NCBI GenBank assembly: GCA_003552465.1
Contig: PULQ01000060.1
Coordinates: 108-64,107 of the forward strand
DNA from: Dehalococcoidia bacterium
GTDB lineage: Bacteria; Chloroflexota; Dehalococcoidia; GIF9; AB-539-J10
DNA length: 64,000 nucleotides
Reading direction: 5' to 3'
Numbering within the stretch: the stretch's first letter is position 1; the number at the start of each line of letters is the position of its first letter. The translations under genes and the position numbers were made by a program. Positions 36,630-46,641 of the stretch are shown piece after piece. Under the pieces are notes generated by a model. It worked only from the letters and a program-made list of their open reading frames with translations, searched no databases and was not told the DNA's origin.

Positions 36630-37629
36630 CGTTGAAGTGTTGCCATCCCCCTCTGTCACAGGAGACGACGTCTCCCTTGCTGTCCACTACGGTCACCCGT
36701 GCCGGCAGATCCTCATCAGTTATCTCGCCGATCACGGTCACCGGGCAGTCCAGGGCTCGCTTTACCCTCGCCAGTGTCTCCTGATCCGCGGTGAACAGAA
36801 GCTCGTAGTCCTCGCCTCCGCAGAGAGCCAGTTCGAGGTGGTTGGGAAAGTTGGCCATCAGTGCGCGGTGAATCGGCACCCGGTCCATTCTGACCGTGGC
36901 GTTCACTCCGCTCATCTCGCATATGTGGTCGAGGTCGGCAACGAGGCCATCGCTGATGTCTATTGCGGTCTTAACTCCCCGTTCGACCAGGATCTGTCCC
37001 TCTCTGATCCTCGCAACCGGTTGGAGGTGTGCCCGGCGCAGGGTTGACGCGGTCTCGTCATCCAGTACGGTCTTGCGTCTGAGCATCTCCAGTCCGGCAG
37101 CCGAGAGCCCGGTGTATCCCGTGATGGCTATCTGTTCTCCGGGATGAGCCGTCGATCTCTTCAGCGTCGTTCTACCATTGGATCGGCCCATTACCGCCGC
37201 CGTGATAACCACAATCGGGGCAGCTGCGATGTTGCCTCCGACTATGGCCACTCCACATTGGCGGGCGAGCTTCGCCATGGCTTTGCAGAAAGCGGATACG
37301 TCATCTAGCTCCAGTTCACCGGGGATCGCCAGAGATACCAGGGCATACTCCGGAACTCCGCCCATAGCGGCTATGTCGCTGAGATTCACTGCCAGGGTCT
37401 TCCATCCCAGTTCCTCCCAGCTGACGATGCTCAGGCTGAAGTGCACGTCCTGTACCAGGGTATCAGTGGTAGCCAGTTGAATGGTGCCGTTGCTCAGCCA
37501 GGCGGCCGCATCATCACCAGTGTCCACCACCACCTTCTGCCAGGGGTGCTGACCGAGGTCCCTGTATCCGGCGATGATGGTTCTTATGTGTTCAATCAAG
37601 CCGAATTCCCCTATCTCAGATACTCTCAT
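36544..37629 (-). CDS. thiL: Thiamine-monophosphate kinase
   Basis: AIR-synthase-related fold, N-terminal EFGLIEHIR, DD..AW motif; unusually long C-terminal tail overlapping tsaE. Confidence 0.8.
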   Translation of the reverse strand: MRVSEIGEFGLIEHIRTIIAGYRDLGQHPWQKVVVDTGDDAAAWLSNGTIQLATTDTLVQDVHFSLSIVSWEELGWKTLAVNLSDIAAMGGVPEYALVSLAIPGELELDDVSAFCKAMAKLARQCGVAIVGGNIAAAPIVVITAAVMGRSNGRTTLKRSTAHPGEQIAITGYTGLSAAGLEMLRRKTVLDDETASTLRRAHLQPVARIREGQILVERGVKTAIDISDGLVADLDHICEMSGVNATVRMDRVPIHRALMANFPNHLELALCGGEDYELLFTADQETLARVKRALDCPVTVIGEITDEDLPARVTVVDSKGDVVSCDRGGWQHFNDEISESRIRQPGTDSTAGKLSGTTGAQR

Positions 37630-37746
37630 CGAAGGCATTATAGCATCGGGTCTATGTGCCGTTCTAGCGTGGAGTTGGTGCCTGTGATGATATGGTGTTG
37701 TGGTACACGGGCCGGCTGCGCCGGACCGCGGGAAGAACTAGCCGTG

Positions 37747-37774
37747 TTGCCATTTTTTTGCGCTGTGATATAAT
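37747..37774 (+). promoter_or_regulatory. Promoter TTGCCA-16-TATAAT placing the TSS within ~3 nt of the rpsF ATG (near-leaderless)
   Basis: ttgcca 37747-52, tataat 37769-74, ATG 37784; no SD. Confidence 0.4.
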
Positions 37775-37783
37775 GACAGGGTT

Positions 37784-38071
37784 ATGCGCGATTACGAGCT
37801 GGTAGCTATAGTGAACCCCGAGCTTGACGAAGACGGGGTATCTCAGATCGTTGATAAGGTGACCGAGTCGATAAGTGGCCGCGGTGGTGAAGTGGAGGAG
37901 GTCAAGAGATGGGGGAGAAAGAGGCTCGCATACCCTATAGAGAAGTTCATGGAGGCCGAGTACTTCCACACTCGCTTCAAGCTCAATCCCAGACCGGTGA
38001 AGGAACTGGAAGCAGAGATGAGCGGCTCCGGGGACATCTTGCGGTATCTTGTGGTGAAGCTGAACGATTGA
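37784..38071 (+). CDS. rpsF: 30S ribosomal protein S6
   Basis: MRDYELVAIVNPELDEDG..; rpsF-ssb-rpsR synteny. Confidence 0.9.
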   Translation: MRDYELVAIVNPELDEDGVSQIVDKVTESISGRGGEVEEVKRWGRKRLAYPIEKFMEAEYFHTRFKLNPRPVKELEAEMSGSGDILRYLVVKLND

Positions 38072-38072
38072 T

Positions 38073-38462
38073 ATGGCAAGCCTGAACAAGATCATCCTGG
38101 TCGGCAACGTAGGTAGTGACCCGGAAATGAGGTACACGCCGAACGGGAAGGCTGTCAAGTCCTTCAGCGTGGCCACCAACCGCCGCTACAATACCGCCTC
38201 GGGGGAGACCAGGGAGGAGACCGACTGGTTCAGGATCAATGCCTGGGGTAAGCAGGCCGAGCAGTGCAATCAGTTTCTGACAAAGGGGAGGCAGGTCTAT
38301 GTGGAGGGCAGGCTGCATGCCAGGACATGGGAGGGGCAGGATGGGCAGACTCGCACGAGCCTTGAGGTCACTTCAGACAGGGTCCTTTTCCTCGGCAAGC
38401 GAACTGCAGGCGCGCCTTCGGAAGAAGGTGAACTGGAGCCCGAGGACTTACCCTTTGATTAG
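38073..38462 (+). CDS. ssb: Single-stranded DNA-binding protein
   Basis: MASLNKIILVGNVGSDPEMRYTPNGKAV..F.VA OB-fold, acidic C-terminal tail DLPF. Confidence 0.9.
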   Translation: MASLNKIILVGNVGSDPEMRYTPNGKAVKSFSVATNRRYNTASGETREETDWFRINAWGKQAEQCNQFLTKGRQVYVEGRLHARTWEGQDGQTRTSLEVTSDRVLFLGKRTAGAPSEEGELEPEDLPFD

Positions 38463-38479
38463 AATGGAGGAGAGAAGAG

Positions 38480-38767
38480 TTGTCTGAAACCAGAAGACCA
38501 AGAAGGAGGGGTTTCTCACCCCGGCCAGCGATATGTCCCTTTTGCAAGAGCGGTCTGAGGATTGACTACAAGGATGCTCCGATGCTAGCTCGCTATATCA
38601 CCAACCAGGGCAAGATCGTGTCGAGAAGGAGGAGCAGAACCTGTGCCAAACATCAGAGGGCCCTGTCACACGCAATCAAGCGAGCCCGCTACCTTGCGAT
38701 GCTGCCTTATGCACCGACTCATATCTGGAAGACAGGAGGCGTGGGCCTATCACGGTCGGCGGCCTGA
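38480..38767 (+). CDS. rpsR: 30S ribosomal protein S18
   Basis: CPFC..IDYKD...L..YIT..GKI..RR.S..C...QR.L..AIKRAR. Confidence 0.9.
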   Translation: MSETRRPRRRGFSPRPAICPFCKSGLRIDYKDAPMLARYITNQGKIVSRRRSRTCAKHQRALSHAIKRARYLAMLPYAPTHIWKTGGVGLSRSAA

Positions 38768-38770
38768 CCA

Positions 38771-38911
38771 ATGCCCAAGCGTACTTATCAACCTAAGAGG
38801 ATTCCCCGCAAGCGCAGCCTGGGGTTCCGCGCTCGGATGGCCACCAAGGGTGGAAGAAGAGTGCTCAGGGCAAGGCGCCTTAAGGGGAGGTACAAGCTCA
38901 CTCCAGTCTAG
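38771..38911 (+). CDS. rpmH: 50S ribosomal protein L34 (46 aa; not in ORF track)
   Basis: [46 protein letters not shown] matches L34 consensus. Confidence 0.9.
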   Translation: MPKRTYQPKRIPRKRSLGFRARMATKGGRRVLRARRLKGRYKLTPV

Positions 38912-38924
38912 CTCCATTCCGTGT

Positions 38925-39263
38925 ATGAAGGAGCCTAGAGCCTTAAGCACCAGGGCACAGTACACACTAGTCTACCGACAGGGTAGAACGTTGGTGAACA
39001 GCTTGGTCGTGATGAAGGCGGCGCCCAATGGTCTGCTCCTTAGCCGGTACGGATTCTCTGTGAGCAGGAAAGTGGGCAAGGCGGTGCTGCGAAATCGCCT
39101 GAAGCGCTTGTTGAGGGAGATATTGAGAGAGAAATCGCTGAAGCCAGGGTGGGATATCGTCTTCATCGTGCGGCCTCAGGCGGCCGGTGCCGACTACCAC
39201 CAGCTGAACCGGTCCGTTATAGGGCTGCTGACGAGGGCGAACCTACTCGAATGCAGTAGATGA
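38925..39263 (+). CDS. rnpA: Ribonuclease P protein component
   Basis: Basic protein ..[22 protein letters not shown]..; immediately after rpmH. Confidence 0.85.
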   Translation: MKEPRALSTRAQYTLVYRQGRTLVNSLVVMKAAPNGLLLSRYGFSVSRKVGKAVLRNRLKRLLREILREKSLKPGWDIVFIVRPQAAGADYHQLNRSVIGLLTRANLLECSR

Positions 39264-39469
39264 GAAGAATGGCTCTGGGTCTGATAAGACTGTACCAGAA
39301 CACCCTGTCCAGGGTGTTGCCCAGCGTATGTCGTTTCAGGCCCACATGTTCTCAGTATGCTATTGAGGCGATACAGAAGCACGGGGTTCTGAGAGGCACA
39401 CATCTGGCTGCCAGGAGGATAGTTCGCTGCAATCCCTTTACCGAGGGTGGCTATGACCCCGTGCCATAG
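39260..39469 (+). CDS. yidD: Membrane protein insertion efficiency factor YidD
   Basis: ..C.F.PTCS.YA..A....G...G..LA..RI.RC.P. Confidence 0.9.
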   Translation: MRRMALGLIRLYQNTLSRVLPSVCRFRPTCSQYAIEAIQKHGVLRGTHLAARRIVRCNPFTEGGYDPVP

Positions 39470-39481
39470 CAGGATAGTCGA

Positions 39482-40645
39482 ATGAAGCAGGCAAGAGTGT
39501 TTCTCCTTGTTCTCACGATTCTGATCACCTCCGTTCTGGTCTCCTGTGCTCCGGGGCGGGGACAGGCGGCAGGTGGATGGTCGGGAACCGCGTTTCACGA
39601 CGGCATCATCTACTCGGGCACTCAAGACGGCAGGATTGTTGCCGTCAACGCGACAACTAGAGATCTTGTCTGGTCTCGTCCGATGATTACTGAGGCCGCT
39701 GGCGGACTGGGATGCGGGCCGGCGGTTGTTGCCGCTGCCATATACACCACACCCGTTGCTACCGACGGTCTTGTGTATGTTGGCACATACACTGCTCAGG
39801 GCGGCAGGATGTATGCACTGGGCATGACAGATGGTGAGATCATCTGGGAGTATCCGAGAGGCGGAGCATACATGGGGGCCATAGTGGGTGACCCCGTCAT
39901 ATCTGATGATACGCTATATGTCGGTAGCTCAGATGGAAAAGTACATGCCCTTGCTCTGTCAACCTTTACTCGTAGATGGGAGTCTGAACGACTGGCCGAT
40001 AAACTCTGGACAAGCCCCGTTGTTGTCGGCGATACGCTCTATGTCACCACCTTTGACGGCGTCATCTATGCATTGTCCGCCGAGACGGGAGCAACGCTCG
40101 ACAGGGTCTTTGAACTGGAGGCAGGTTTCGCCACCTCACCTGTTGTTCATGGCAGAATCATCTATGCGGGCTCGTTTGACGGCCATCTCTATGCTATCGA
40201 CATAGATAGCGCCGAGACGGTGTGGCGGTTTCCTCAGGGGGGAGCGGCCGGTGGATGGTTCTGGGCAGATCCGCTGGTTCATGAGGGAGTGGTGTATGCG
40301 GGCTCTCTTGACGGGAGGCTCTATCTTATCGACGCAGAGACGGGTGATAGGGTTGGAGATTTCGATGCCGGAAGCCCATTCGTGTCGTCACCTGTTATCA
40401 TGGATGATGTGTTGATAGTTGCCGACCAGTCGGGCGATGTCTATGGGTTCGAGCTGAGTTCTGCGTTGCAGGATAGAGCAGTGGAGACGGTGATTGCCAG
40501 ACTTGGTGCAGAGGTGGAGAGTCCGTTCTGCGCTAGCGAAGGCTTCGCCTATATTCGAGCGGATAACACGTTGTATGTGGTGGATATTCAGGCGAGAAGA
40601 ATAGACTGGCAATCGTCGCTGAACGCCAGAGAAGAGCAAGGATAG
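39482..40645 (+). CDS. PQQ-repeat beta-propeller lipoprotein (BamB-like fold) inserted between yidD and yidC
   Basis: Lipobox LVSC; repeated ..Y.G..DG.LYA.D..TG...W.. motifs typical of PQQ/WD-like beta-propellers. Confidence 0.75.
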   Translation: MKQARVFLLVLTILITSVLVSCAPGRGQAAGGWSGTAFHDGIIYSGTQDGRIVAVNATTRDLVWSRPMITEAAGGLGCGPAVVAAAIYTTPVATDGLVYVGTYTAQGGRMYALGMTDGEIIWEYPRGGAYMGAIVGDPVISDDTLYVGSSDGKVHALALSTFTRRWESERLADKLWTSPVVVGDTLYVTTFDGVIYALSAETGATLDRVFELEAGFATSPVVHGRIIYAGSFDGHLYAIDIDSAETVWRFPQGGAAGGWFWADPLVHEGVVYAGSLDGRLYLIDAETGDRVGDFDAGSPFVSSPVIMDDVLIVADQSGDVYGFELSSALQDRAVETVIARLGAEVESPFCASEGFAYIRADNTLYVVDIQARRIDWQSSLNAREEQG

Positions 40646-40654
40646 CGTTTACGC

Positions 40655-41422
40655 ATGGAAGTCTGGTATCTGATTATCCTGAACCCGATTCTCAATGTGC
40701 TTATTGCGTTAACGCACTTTCTGGGGGGCCAGTTCGGGCTGGCGATCATCGCGCTTACCATCATTGTTCGTCTTGCCTCCTGGCCTCTTAACAAGCGGCA
40801 GTTGAAGTCAACCAAGGCAATGCAGGATCTTCAGCCGAAGATTCAGGAACTGCAGAAGAAATACAGCAAGAATCAGCAGAAGCTTCAACAGGAGATGATG
40901 AAGCTCTACAAGGAAGCGGGGGTGAACCCCCTTGGCTGCCTGTGGCCGATGCTGATCCAGTTTCCCATCTGGATTGCCCTCTACCAGTCGATCATGAGAG
41001 CGCTGGCCACCACGCCTGAGAACCTGCTTGCCCTGCATCGCCATCTCTATTCATGGGAGGTAGTGAGGAACGCGGTTCCATTGGGCAGTGAGTTCCTCGG
41101 GCTTGAGCTGGGACTCACTGGCTCGCAGAACGGCCCGCTTGGAATTCTGCTGGCCATTATCGTTGGAGGCACGATGTGGGTACAGCAGAAGATGACACAG
41201 GCGCCGTCCGCTGACCCGAGGCAGCAGTCCACCGCCAGGATGATGACGGTCATGATGCCGTTGATGTTCGGCATGCTGCCCCTGATGTTCCCCAGCGGCC
41301 TCGCCCTGTTCTGGGCTGTCTCCAACATAATCGGTATCGTGACTCAGTATTTTGTCACGGGTGGCTGGGGTTACCTCAAAGTCAGTTCGCCGTTTCAGTC
41401 TCCCGCTCCAAAGGGGAAGTGA
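40655..41422 (+). CDS. yidC: Membrane protein insertase YidC (short, monoderm type)
   Basis: 5-TM Oxa1 core, 255 aa without periplasmic P1 domain. Confidence 0.85.
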   Translation: MEVWYLIILNPILNVLIALTHFLGGQFGLAIIALTIIVRLASWPLNKRQLKSTKAMQDLQPKIQELQKKYSKNQQKLQQEMMKLYKEAGVNPLGCLWPMLIQFPIWIALYQSIMRALATTPENLLALHRHLYSWEVVRNAVPLGSEFLGLELGLTGSQNGPLGILLAIIVGGTMWVQQKMTQAPSADPRQQSTARMMTVMMPLMFGMLPLMFPSGLALFWAVSNIIGIVTQYFVTGGWGYLKVSSPFQSPAPKGK

Positions 41423-41468
41423 ATCGGAGTCGTGGGTAGGGGGCAGATCGGTGAAGAAGGATAGTGCA

Positions 41469-42125
41469 ATGGATGATATCGAGATAGTTGCTCCGACTGT
41501 GGAGGAAGCCATACAGAAGGCTGAGGCGCAGCTTGGGTTGCCCCGGGACCAGTTGGAGGTGCAGGTCGTCAGTGAGGAGAGGGCCGGGATTCTTGGAATG
41601 GGTAGCAGGCAGGCAGTGATCAGGGTTTTTCCGCTGGCTGCAACTGCCGGTACCGTGTCTCAGCCTGCCGAGGAGGAAGTGGTCGAGGTCGCAGAAGAAG
41701 TCATTGTCACCCTGCTCCGTCTTCTGGGTGTCGAGGGTAATGTCGAGGTGGTGTCTTCTGAGATACCCATTGCCTTTGACGTGACAGGTGAAGATCTGGG
41801 AGTCCTTATTGGACGCAGGGGGCAGACGCTGGCTTCTCTGGAATACGTCACCAAGCTTATAGTAACCAGGCGATTGCAGGCCTGGGTGCCGCTGAGCGTT
41901 GACGTTGCCGGCTATAAGAAGCGCCGTTATGATTCCCTTCAAAGGCTGGCACTGTATCTGGCAGAGCAGGTGATATCAAGGCAGCGTGCCATAACCATGG
42001 AGCCCATGCCCGCCGATGAGCGACGTATCGTCCACCTGACTCTGGCCGACAATCCTGATGTCACGACCAGTAGTATCGGTGAAGGTGACGATAGGAAGGT
42101 CGTGGTTCTACTGAGGCAGAGCTAA
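41469..42125 (+). CDS. khpB: Jag/KhpB RNA-binding protein (Jag_N, KH, R3H)
   Basis: MDDIEIVAPTVEEAIQKAEAQLG Jag N-domain; KH GXXG-like IGRRGQTL; R3H at C-terminus; yidC-jag synteny. Confidence 0.8.
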   Translation: MDDIEIVAPTVEEAIQKAEAQLGLPRDQLEVQVVSEERAGILGMGSRQAVIRVFPLAATAGTVSQPAEEEVVEVAEEVIVTLLRLLGVEGNVEVVSSEIPIAFDVTGEDLGVLIGRRGQTLASLEYVTKLIVTRRLQAWVPLSVDVAGYKKRRYDSLQRLALYLAEQVISRQRAITMEPMPADERRIVHLTLADNPDVTTSSIGEGDDRKVVVLLRQS

Positions 42126-42127
42126 CC

Positions 42128-45100
42128 ATGTTCCGTCAGGTAGACTCCAGGGTCAACGTCCCGCAGCTCGAAGAGAGCGTCCTCCGATTCTGGAAAGAGC
42201 AGCGCATCTTCCATAAGAGCGTAGAAGCACGAAGAGGAGGACCGCATTTCGCGTTCTATGAGGGGCCCCCATCGGCCAATGGCAGCCCCGGTGTTCATCA
42301 TGTGCTGGCCCGTCTGTACAAAGACGTCGTCTGCCGGTACCGTACGATGAGGGGTTATCACGTTCCCAGAAAGGGCGGTTGGGATACTCATGGACTGCCA
42401 GTCGAGTTAGAGGTGGAGAACGCTTTGGGTGTGACCAGCAAGACCCAAATCGAGGAATACGGAGTGGCACGGTTCAACGAACAGTGCCGCCGCACCGCTC
42501 TTAAGTACATCGGGGAATGGGAGGCTGTGACCGAGCGTCTTGGCTACTGGTTAGATATGGAGAATCCCTATGTAACCATGGACGACAGCTACATCGAGTC
42601 GTGCTGGTGGATTGTCAAGCAGCTATGGGAAAAGGGTCTGGTCTATCAAGGCTATAAGGTGACGCCACACTGCCCCAGATGTGGAACCTCTTTGAGTTCT
42701 CACGAGGTCGCTCAAGGGTATGAGGATGTCGAAGATCCCTCGGTGTACGTCAAGTTCAGGCTGGAACCTACCACGCTGGTGAAGAGAGCGGAGTTCTACT
42801 GCCTGGGCGGTCCGTCTGCCCCGCCGGCCAAACCGGTGTTCCTCCTGGCCTGGACGACGACGCCGTGGACCCTTCCCGGCAACACGGCGTTGGCAGTTGC
42901 TCCTGACGCTGAGTATGTCGTGCTGGAGGGCGCACAGGACTTCCTGGTGCTGGCTGCGGCTCTGGTGGATGTGATCGGGTTTGAAGGTTACTCACAGGTA
43001 GCGCTTGTTCCCGGAACGGCTCTTGCCGGCCTGCAGTATGAGCCCCTGTTCAACCCTCACGGTTTTGGCGTGCAGCGTCTTGATCTGCCTACACTGCGCG
43101 CTGAGGAGGCAACAGACGACCTGACCTATCCGGTGATCGCAGCCGCCTTTGTCTCGCTTGACGAAGGTACAGGTGTAGTGCATGTTGCGCCCGCCTTCGG
43201 AGAGGTTGACTTTGATGCCGGGATAAGTAGCGGACTCGATTTCGTACAGCCTGTAGATCTGGAGGGCAAAGTGACAGGCACCTATCCATTTGCCGGGAGG
43301 TTCGTCAAGGATGCTGACCTGCCGGTGCTTGAGGACCTGGAGCATCGCGGCCTGGTGTACAGGAGCAGTAAGATCATGCATACCTATCCCTTCTGCTGGA
43401 GGTGCGAGACCCCACTGCTCTACTATGCCAAACCCGCATGGTACATCAGGACTACGGCGGTCAAGGAAGAGCTTGTCTCGGGGAACTCTGAGATAAGCTG
43501 GTATCCCGGTTACATCAAGTACGGCCGCTTCGGTGACTGGCTCGAGAACAACGTTGACTGGGCATTTTCACGAGAAAGATACTGGGGGACTCCCCTGAAT
43601 GTCTGGCGGTGTTCTACGTGTGGCGAATGCGAGTGTGTCGAGAGCGTGGATAGCCTGAGAAGTAAACCCCGGGTCAGTGGCTTGACCGCCCCCCTGGACC
43701 TGCACAGGCCGTGGGTCGATGAGGTAACCTTTGATTGTCCTGGATGCAGTGGTGTCATGAAACGCGTTCCTGAAGTTGTTGACTGCTGGTTTGACTCCGG
43801 GGCTATGCCGCTTGCGCAGTGGCACTATCCCTTTGAGAATCAGGACGAGTTCAAGCGGGCTTTCCCCGCTGACTTCATATGTGAGGCTGTGGATCAGACC
43901 AGGGGCTGGTTCTACAGCCTTCACGCGATATCTACTCTGCTTTTCAACCGCCCCTGTTACAGAAATGTGATCTGCCTGGGGCATGTTGTTGATGCCCGTG
44001 GTGAGAAGATGAGCAAGTCGAAGGGAAACGTTGTCTCACCCAGGGCCGTACTCGGCAAGTACGGCGCGGATGCCCTTAGGTGGTACATGCTCGTATCCAC
44101 CGCAGGCGAGGACACCCATCGTTTCTCCACGAAGATACTGGAGGAGACGACGCGGAAGCTCCTTCTCACGCTGTGGAACACATATTCGTTCTTCACTCTG
44201 TATGCCAACATAGACTTCAGCGGCAAGGCTGCTCAGGCACGTGAGTACCTGCTCAGTCCGCATCTGTCACAAGGCAGTGTGACCGAACTCGACAGATGGA
44301 TCATCTCAGAACTGAACCGGCTCGTCAGCGATGTGTCAAAATCGATGGACTCCTATAATCCGACAGCTGCAACGCGCAGGATTGAAGGCTTCGTGGACGT
44401 TCTTTCCAACTGGTATGTGAGGAGGAACCGCCGGCGTTTCTGGAAGAGTGAGAACGACGCCGATAAGAGGGCTGCATACGCCACGTTGTATGAGTGCCTG
44501 ATCACTCTGTCGAGACTGTTGTCTCCCTTTGCGCCCTTCATGGCGGAGGAAATCTACCAGAACCTCGCCCGGTCGGTGGACCCTGACAGCAGAGAGAGCG
44601 TTCATCTTACAGACTTTCCCATAGCTGATGAGTCCAGGATCGACGAAGGGCTTAACAGCGATGTTACTCTGGCAATGAAGGCATCCAGCCTGGGAAGGGC
44701 GGCGCGGGCGAAGGTGGGCATCAAGGTGCGTCAGCCGCTGCAGGAGGCTATCGTCAGAGTTGAGACTGAGAGTGAGAAGAGGGCTCTCCAGCGCCTGGGA
44801 GAGGAAGTAGTGGAGGAGATAAACGTTAAGAGGCTGGTGGTTGTCAGTGCAGCAGACAAACGAGGCGCGTTGGAGGCACACCAGGACATGCCGGACCATA
44901 GCGTGGCGAACGATGCCAGGTACTGGGTGGCTGTATGCACCCGGCTGACTCCTGAACTGCTTGCGGAGGGAGTGAGCAGGGAGCTTGTACGTCACATTCA
45001 GAACATGAGGCGTAGCGCCGGGTTTGATGTCACAGACGAGATCGTCACCTACTACCAGACCGACGAACCGTCGCTGAGGCAGGTGATAGACGATTTCGCC

Positions 45101-45238
45101 GGGTTTATCAAACAGGAGACGCTGTCTCACGGGCTTATCGATGCTCTGCCACCCGATGGAGCTTACTCTGAGAAGCATCTTGTCTCGGGCAGCCAGATAT
45201 CTCTGGCGATCAGGCAGATGAACGCGGACCCTTGCTAG
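42128..45238 (+). CDS. ileS: Isoleucine--tRNA ligase (type 2, 1036 aa)
   Basis: Class I ligase; P.ANG.PG.HH HIGH-region, KMSKS = KMSKSKGN, editing domain. Confidence 0.95.
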   Translation: MFRQVDSRVNVPQLEESVLRFWKEQRIFHKSVEARRGGPHFAFYEGPPSANGSPGVHHVLARLYKDVVCRYRTMRGYHVPRKGGWDTHGLPVELEVENALGVTSKTQIEEYGVARFNEQCRRTALKYIGEWEAVTERLGYWLDMENPYVTMDDSYIESCWWIVKQLWEKGLVYQGYKVTPHCPRCGTSLSSHEVAQGYEDVEDPSVYVKFRLEPTTLVKRAEFYCLGGPSAPPAKPVFLLAWTTTPWTLPGNTALAVAPDAEYVVLEGAQDFLVLAAALVDVIGFEGYSQVALVPGTALAGLQYEPLFNPHGFGVQRLDLPTLRAEEATDDLTYPVIAAAFVSLDEGTGVVHVAPAFGEVDFDAGISSGLDFVQPVDLEGKVTGTYPFAGRFVKDADLPVLEDLEHRGLVYRSSKIMHTYPFCWRCETPLLYYAKPAWYIRTTAVKEELVSGNSEISWYPGYIKYGRFGDWLENNVDWAFSRERYWGTPLNVWRCSTCGECECVESVDSLRSKPRVSGLTAPLDLHRPWVDEVTFDCPGCSGVMKRVPEVVDCWFDSGAMPLAQWHYPFENQDEFKRAFPADFICEAVDQTRGWFYSLHAISTLLFNRPCYRNVICLGHVVDARGEKMSKSKGNVVSPRAVLGKYGADALRWYMLVSTAGEDTHRFSTKILEETTRKLLLTLWNTYSFFTLYANIDFSGKAAQAREYLLSPHLSQGSVTELDRWIISELNRLVSDVSKSMDSYNPTAATRRIEGFVDVLSNWYVRRNRRRFWKSENDADKRAAYATLYECLITLSRLLSPFAPFMAEEIYQNLARSVDPDSRESVHLTDFPIADESRIDEGLNSDVTLAMKASSLGRAARAKVGIKVRQPLQEAIVRVETESEKRALQRLGEEVVEEINVKRLVVVSAADKRGALEAHQDMPDHSVANDARYWVAVCTRLTPELLAEGVSRELVRHIQNMRRSAGFDVTDEIVTYYQTDEPSLRQVIDDFAGFIKQETLSHGLIDALPPDGAYSEKHLVSGSQISLAIRQMNADPC

Positions 45239-45419
45239 CGTGCAACCGGAGGGTGGTATCCATATCTCACGCGTCGATCATGGAACCGGACGCGATGACA
45301 GGAGTCGAGCGCCGCCGCGCCGCAATCAATGATCTGCCGTGGCTGCTATCGTGGCGAAAGCGCCGGCTGCCCGGACGGGTAATCATCGAGGTGACATTCG
45401 TGAGGCCTGTAGCCTCCAG

Positions 45420-46514
45420 CTAGGGGCTCGGGCGCTCTATCAGCAGTGCTGAGGTTGTCCCGGTTTCCTCTCCCCTGACAAAGACGATCTCTATCTCTTC
45501 ACCGATCTCGCTCCTGCGGATCGCTCTGACGAGGTCTCCTACGTTGCCTATGTCGTCGCCTCCGAAGCCGATGATGATGTCGTCCTCTCTCAGCCCCGCT
45601 GCGTCTGCAGGACTATCGGTCACCAGTTCCACAATCAGCGCTCCACTGTCCACGGCGAGATCCATTGCCGCAGCCAAGGAAGGATCGACGGTGTACAGGC
45701 CCACTCCCAGCCAGGGATACGTCATATGCCCGTAACGAATCAGGTTCGGGATTATGATCCTTGCCTCGTCGCTACTGATTGCGAAACCCATGCCTTCCAC
45801 TCCGCGGGCAACTATCTTGATGCTGGTGATGCCTATCACCTCGCCGGCCATGTTAACCAGCGGGCCGCCGCTGTTGCCGGGTACGATGGGCGCCGTGGTC
45901 TGAATCAGGTCGTAAAGGACATTGCCCTCCACGTTAACCGACACGTTCAGCCGGCTGACGATTCCTTCGGTAACGCTCAGTCCTTCTCCCAGGGCGTTGC
46001 CGATCGCTATCACCCACTCACCAAGATCCAGAGAACTGGATTCTCCCCAATCAGCGTAGGGTAGGTCTTGGGCATCTACCCTGATCACTGCCAGGTCGGA
46101 TAGCGGGTCGGCTCCTACCATATCCGCCGTGAACACCATCCCGTCATCAGTCTCCACGAAGATGCTCTGGGAGCCCTCGACCACATGGTAGTTAGTGACG
46201 ACATATCCACTTTCATCGATGATTATCCCGGATCCGGCTCCGTATTCGGTGCGCGGGCCGAAGAAACCCGACAGGACTCTTTCTGTCGTTACCGAAACTA
46301 CTGAGGGCATTGCCCTGGCGATCACAGGACGGAAATCGGGTAGTGGCGTAGCTGGTTCGCTCTCTGCGGGGAAGGTCCAGTCTGGATCGATGTGTCGGAC
46401 GGGGGCATCATGATGAGGCGGGCTGTCTACAGGAGCAGTGGATATAAAGCAGGCGCCGATGCTAAGCGCCAGCGCAAGAGGCACTAGAACTGCCAGGATG
46501 AATCTTCTGGACAT
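45420..46514 (-). CDS. htrA: HtrA/DegP-family serine protease with PDZ domain
   Basis: Signal/TM, trypsin fold GNSGGPL, C-terminal PDZ. Confidence 0.85.
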   Translation of the reverse strand: MSRRFILAVLVPLALALSIGACFISTAPVDSPPHHDAPVRHIDPDWTFPAESEPATPLPDFRPVIARAMPSVVSVTTERVLSGFFGPRTEYGAGSGIIIDESGYVVTNYHVVEGSQSIFVETDDGMVFTADMVGADPLSDLAVIRVDAQDLPYADWGESSSLDLGEWVIAIGNALGEGLSVTEGIVSRLNVSVNVEGNVLYDLIQTTAPIVPGNSGGPLVNMAGEVIGITSIKIVARGVEGMGFAISSDEARIIIPNLIRYGHMTYPWLGVGLYTVDPSLAAAMDLAVDSGALIVELVTDSPADAAGLREDDIIIGFGGDDIGNVGDLVRAIRRSEIGEEIEIVFVRGEETGTTSALLIERPSP

Positions 46515-46641
46515 TTTCCACCAGCCTCCATTATAGCATTGAAGCTGTGTTGAAGAGAAACGGCGTGCCAGCCAGAGACGGGCAAGTCACGGGACGAATG
46601 GACGCCACCGGACCACAGGGTCGGCTTGCAGAGCGTCGGGT

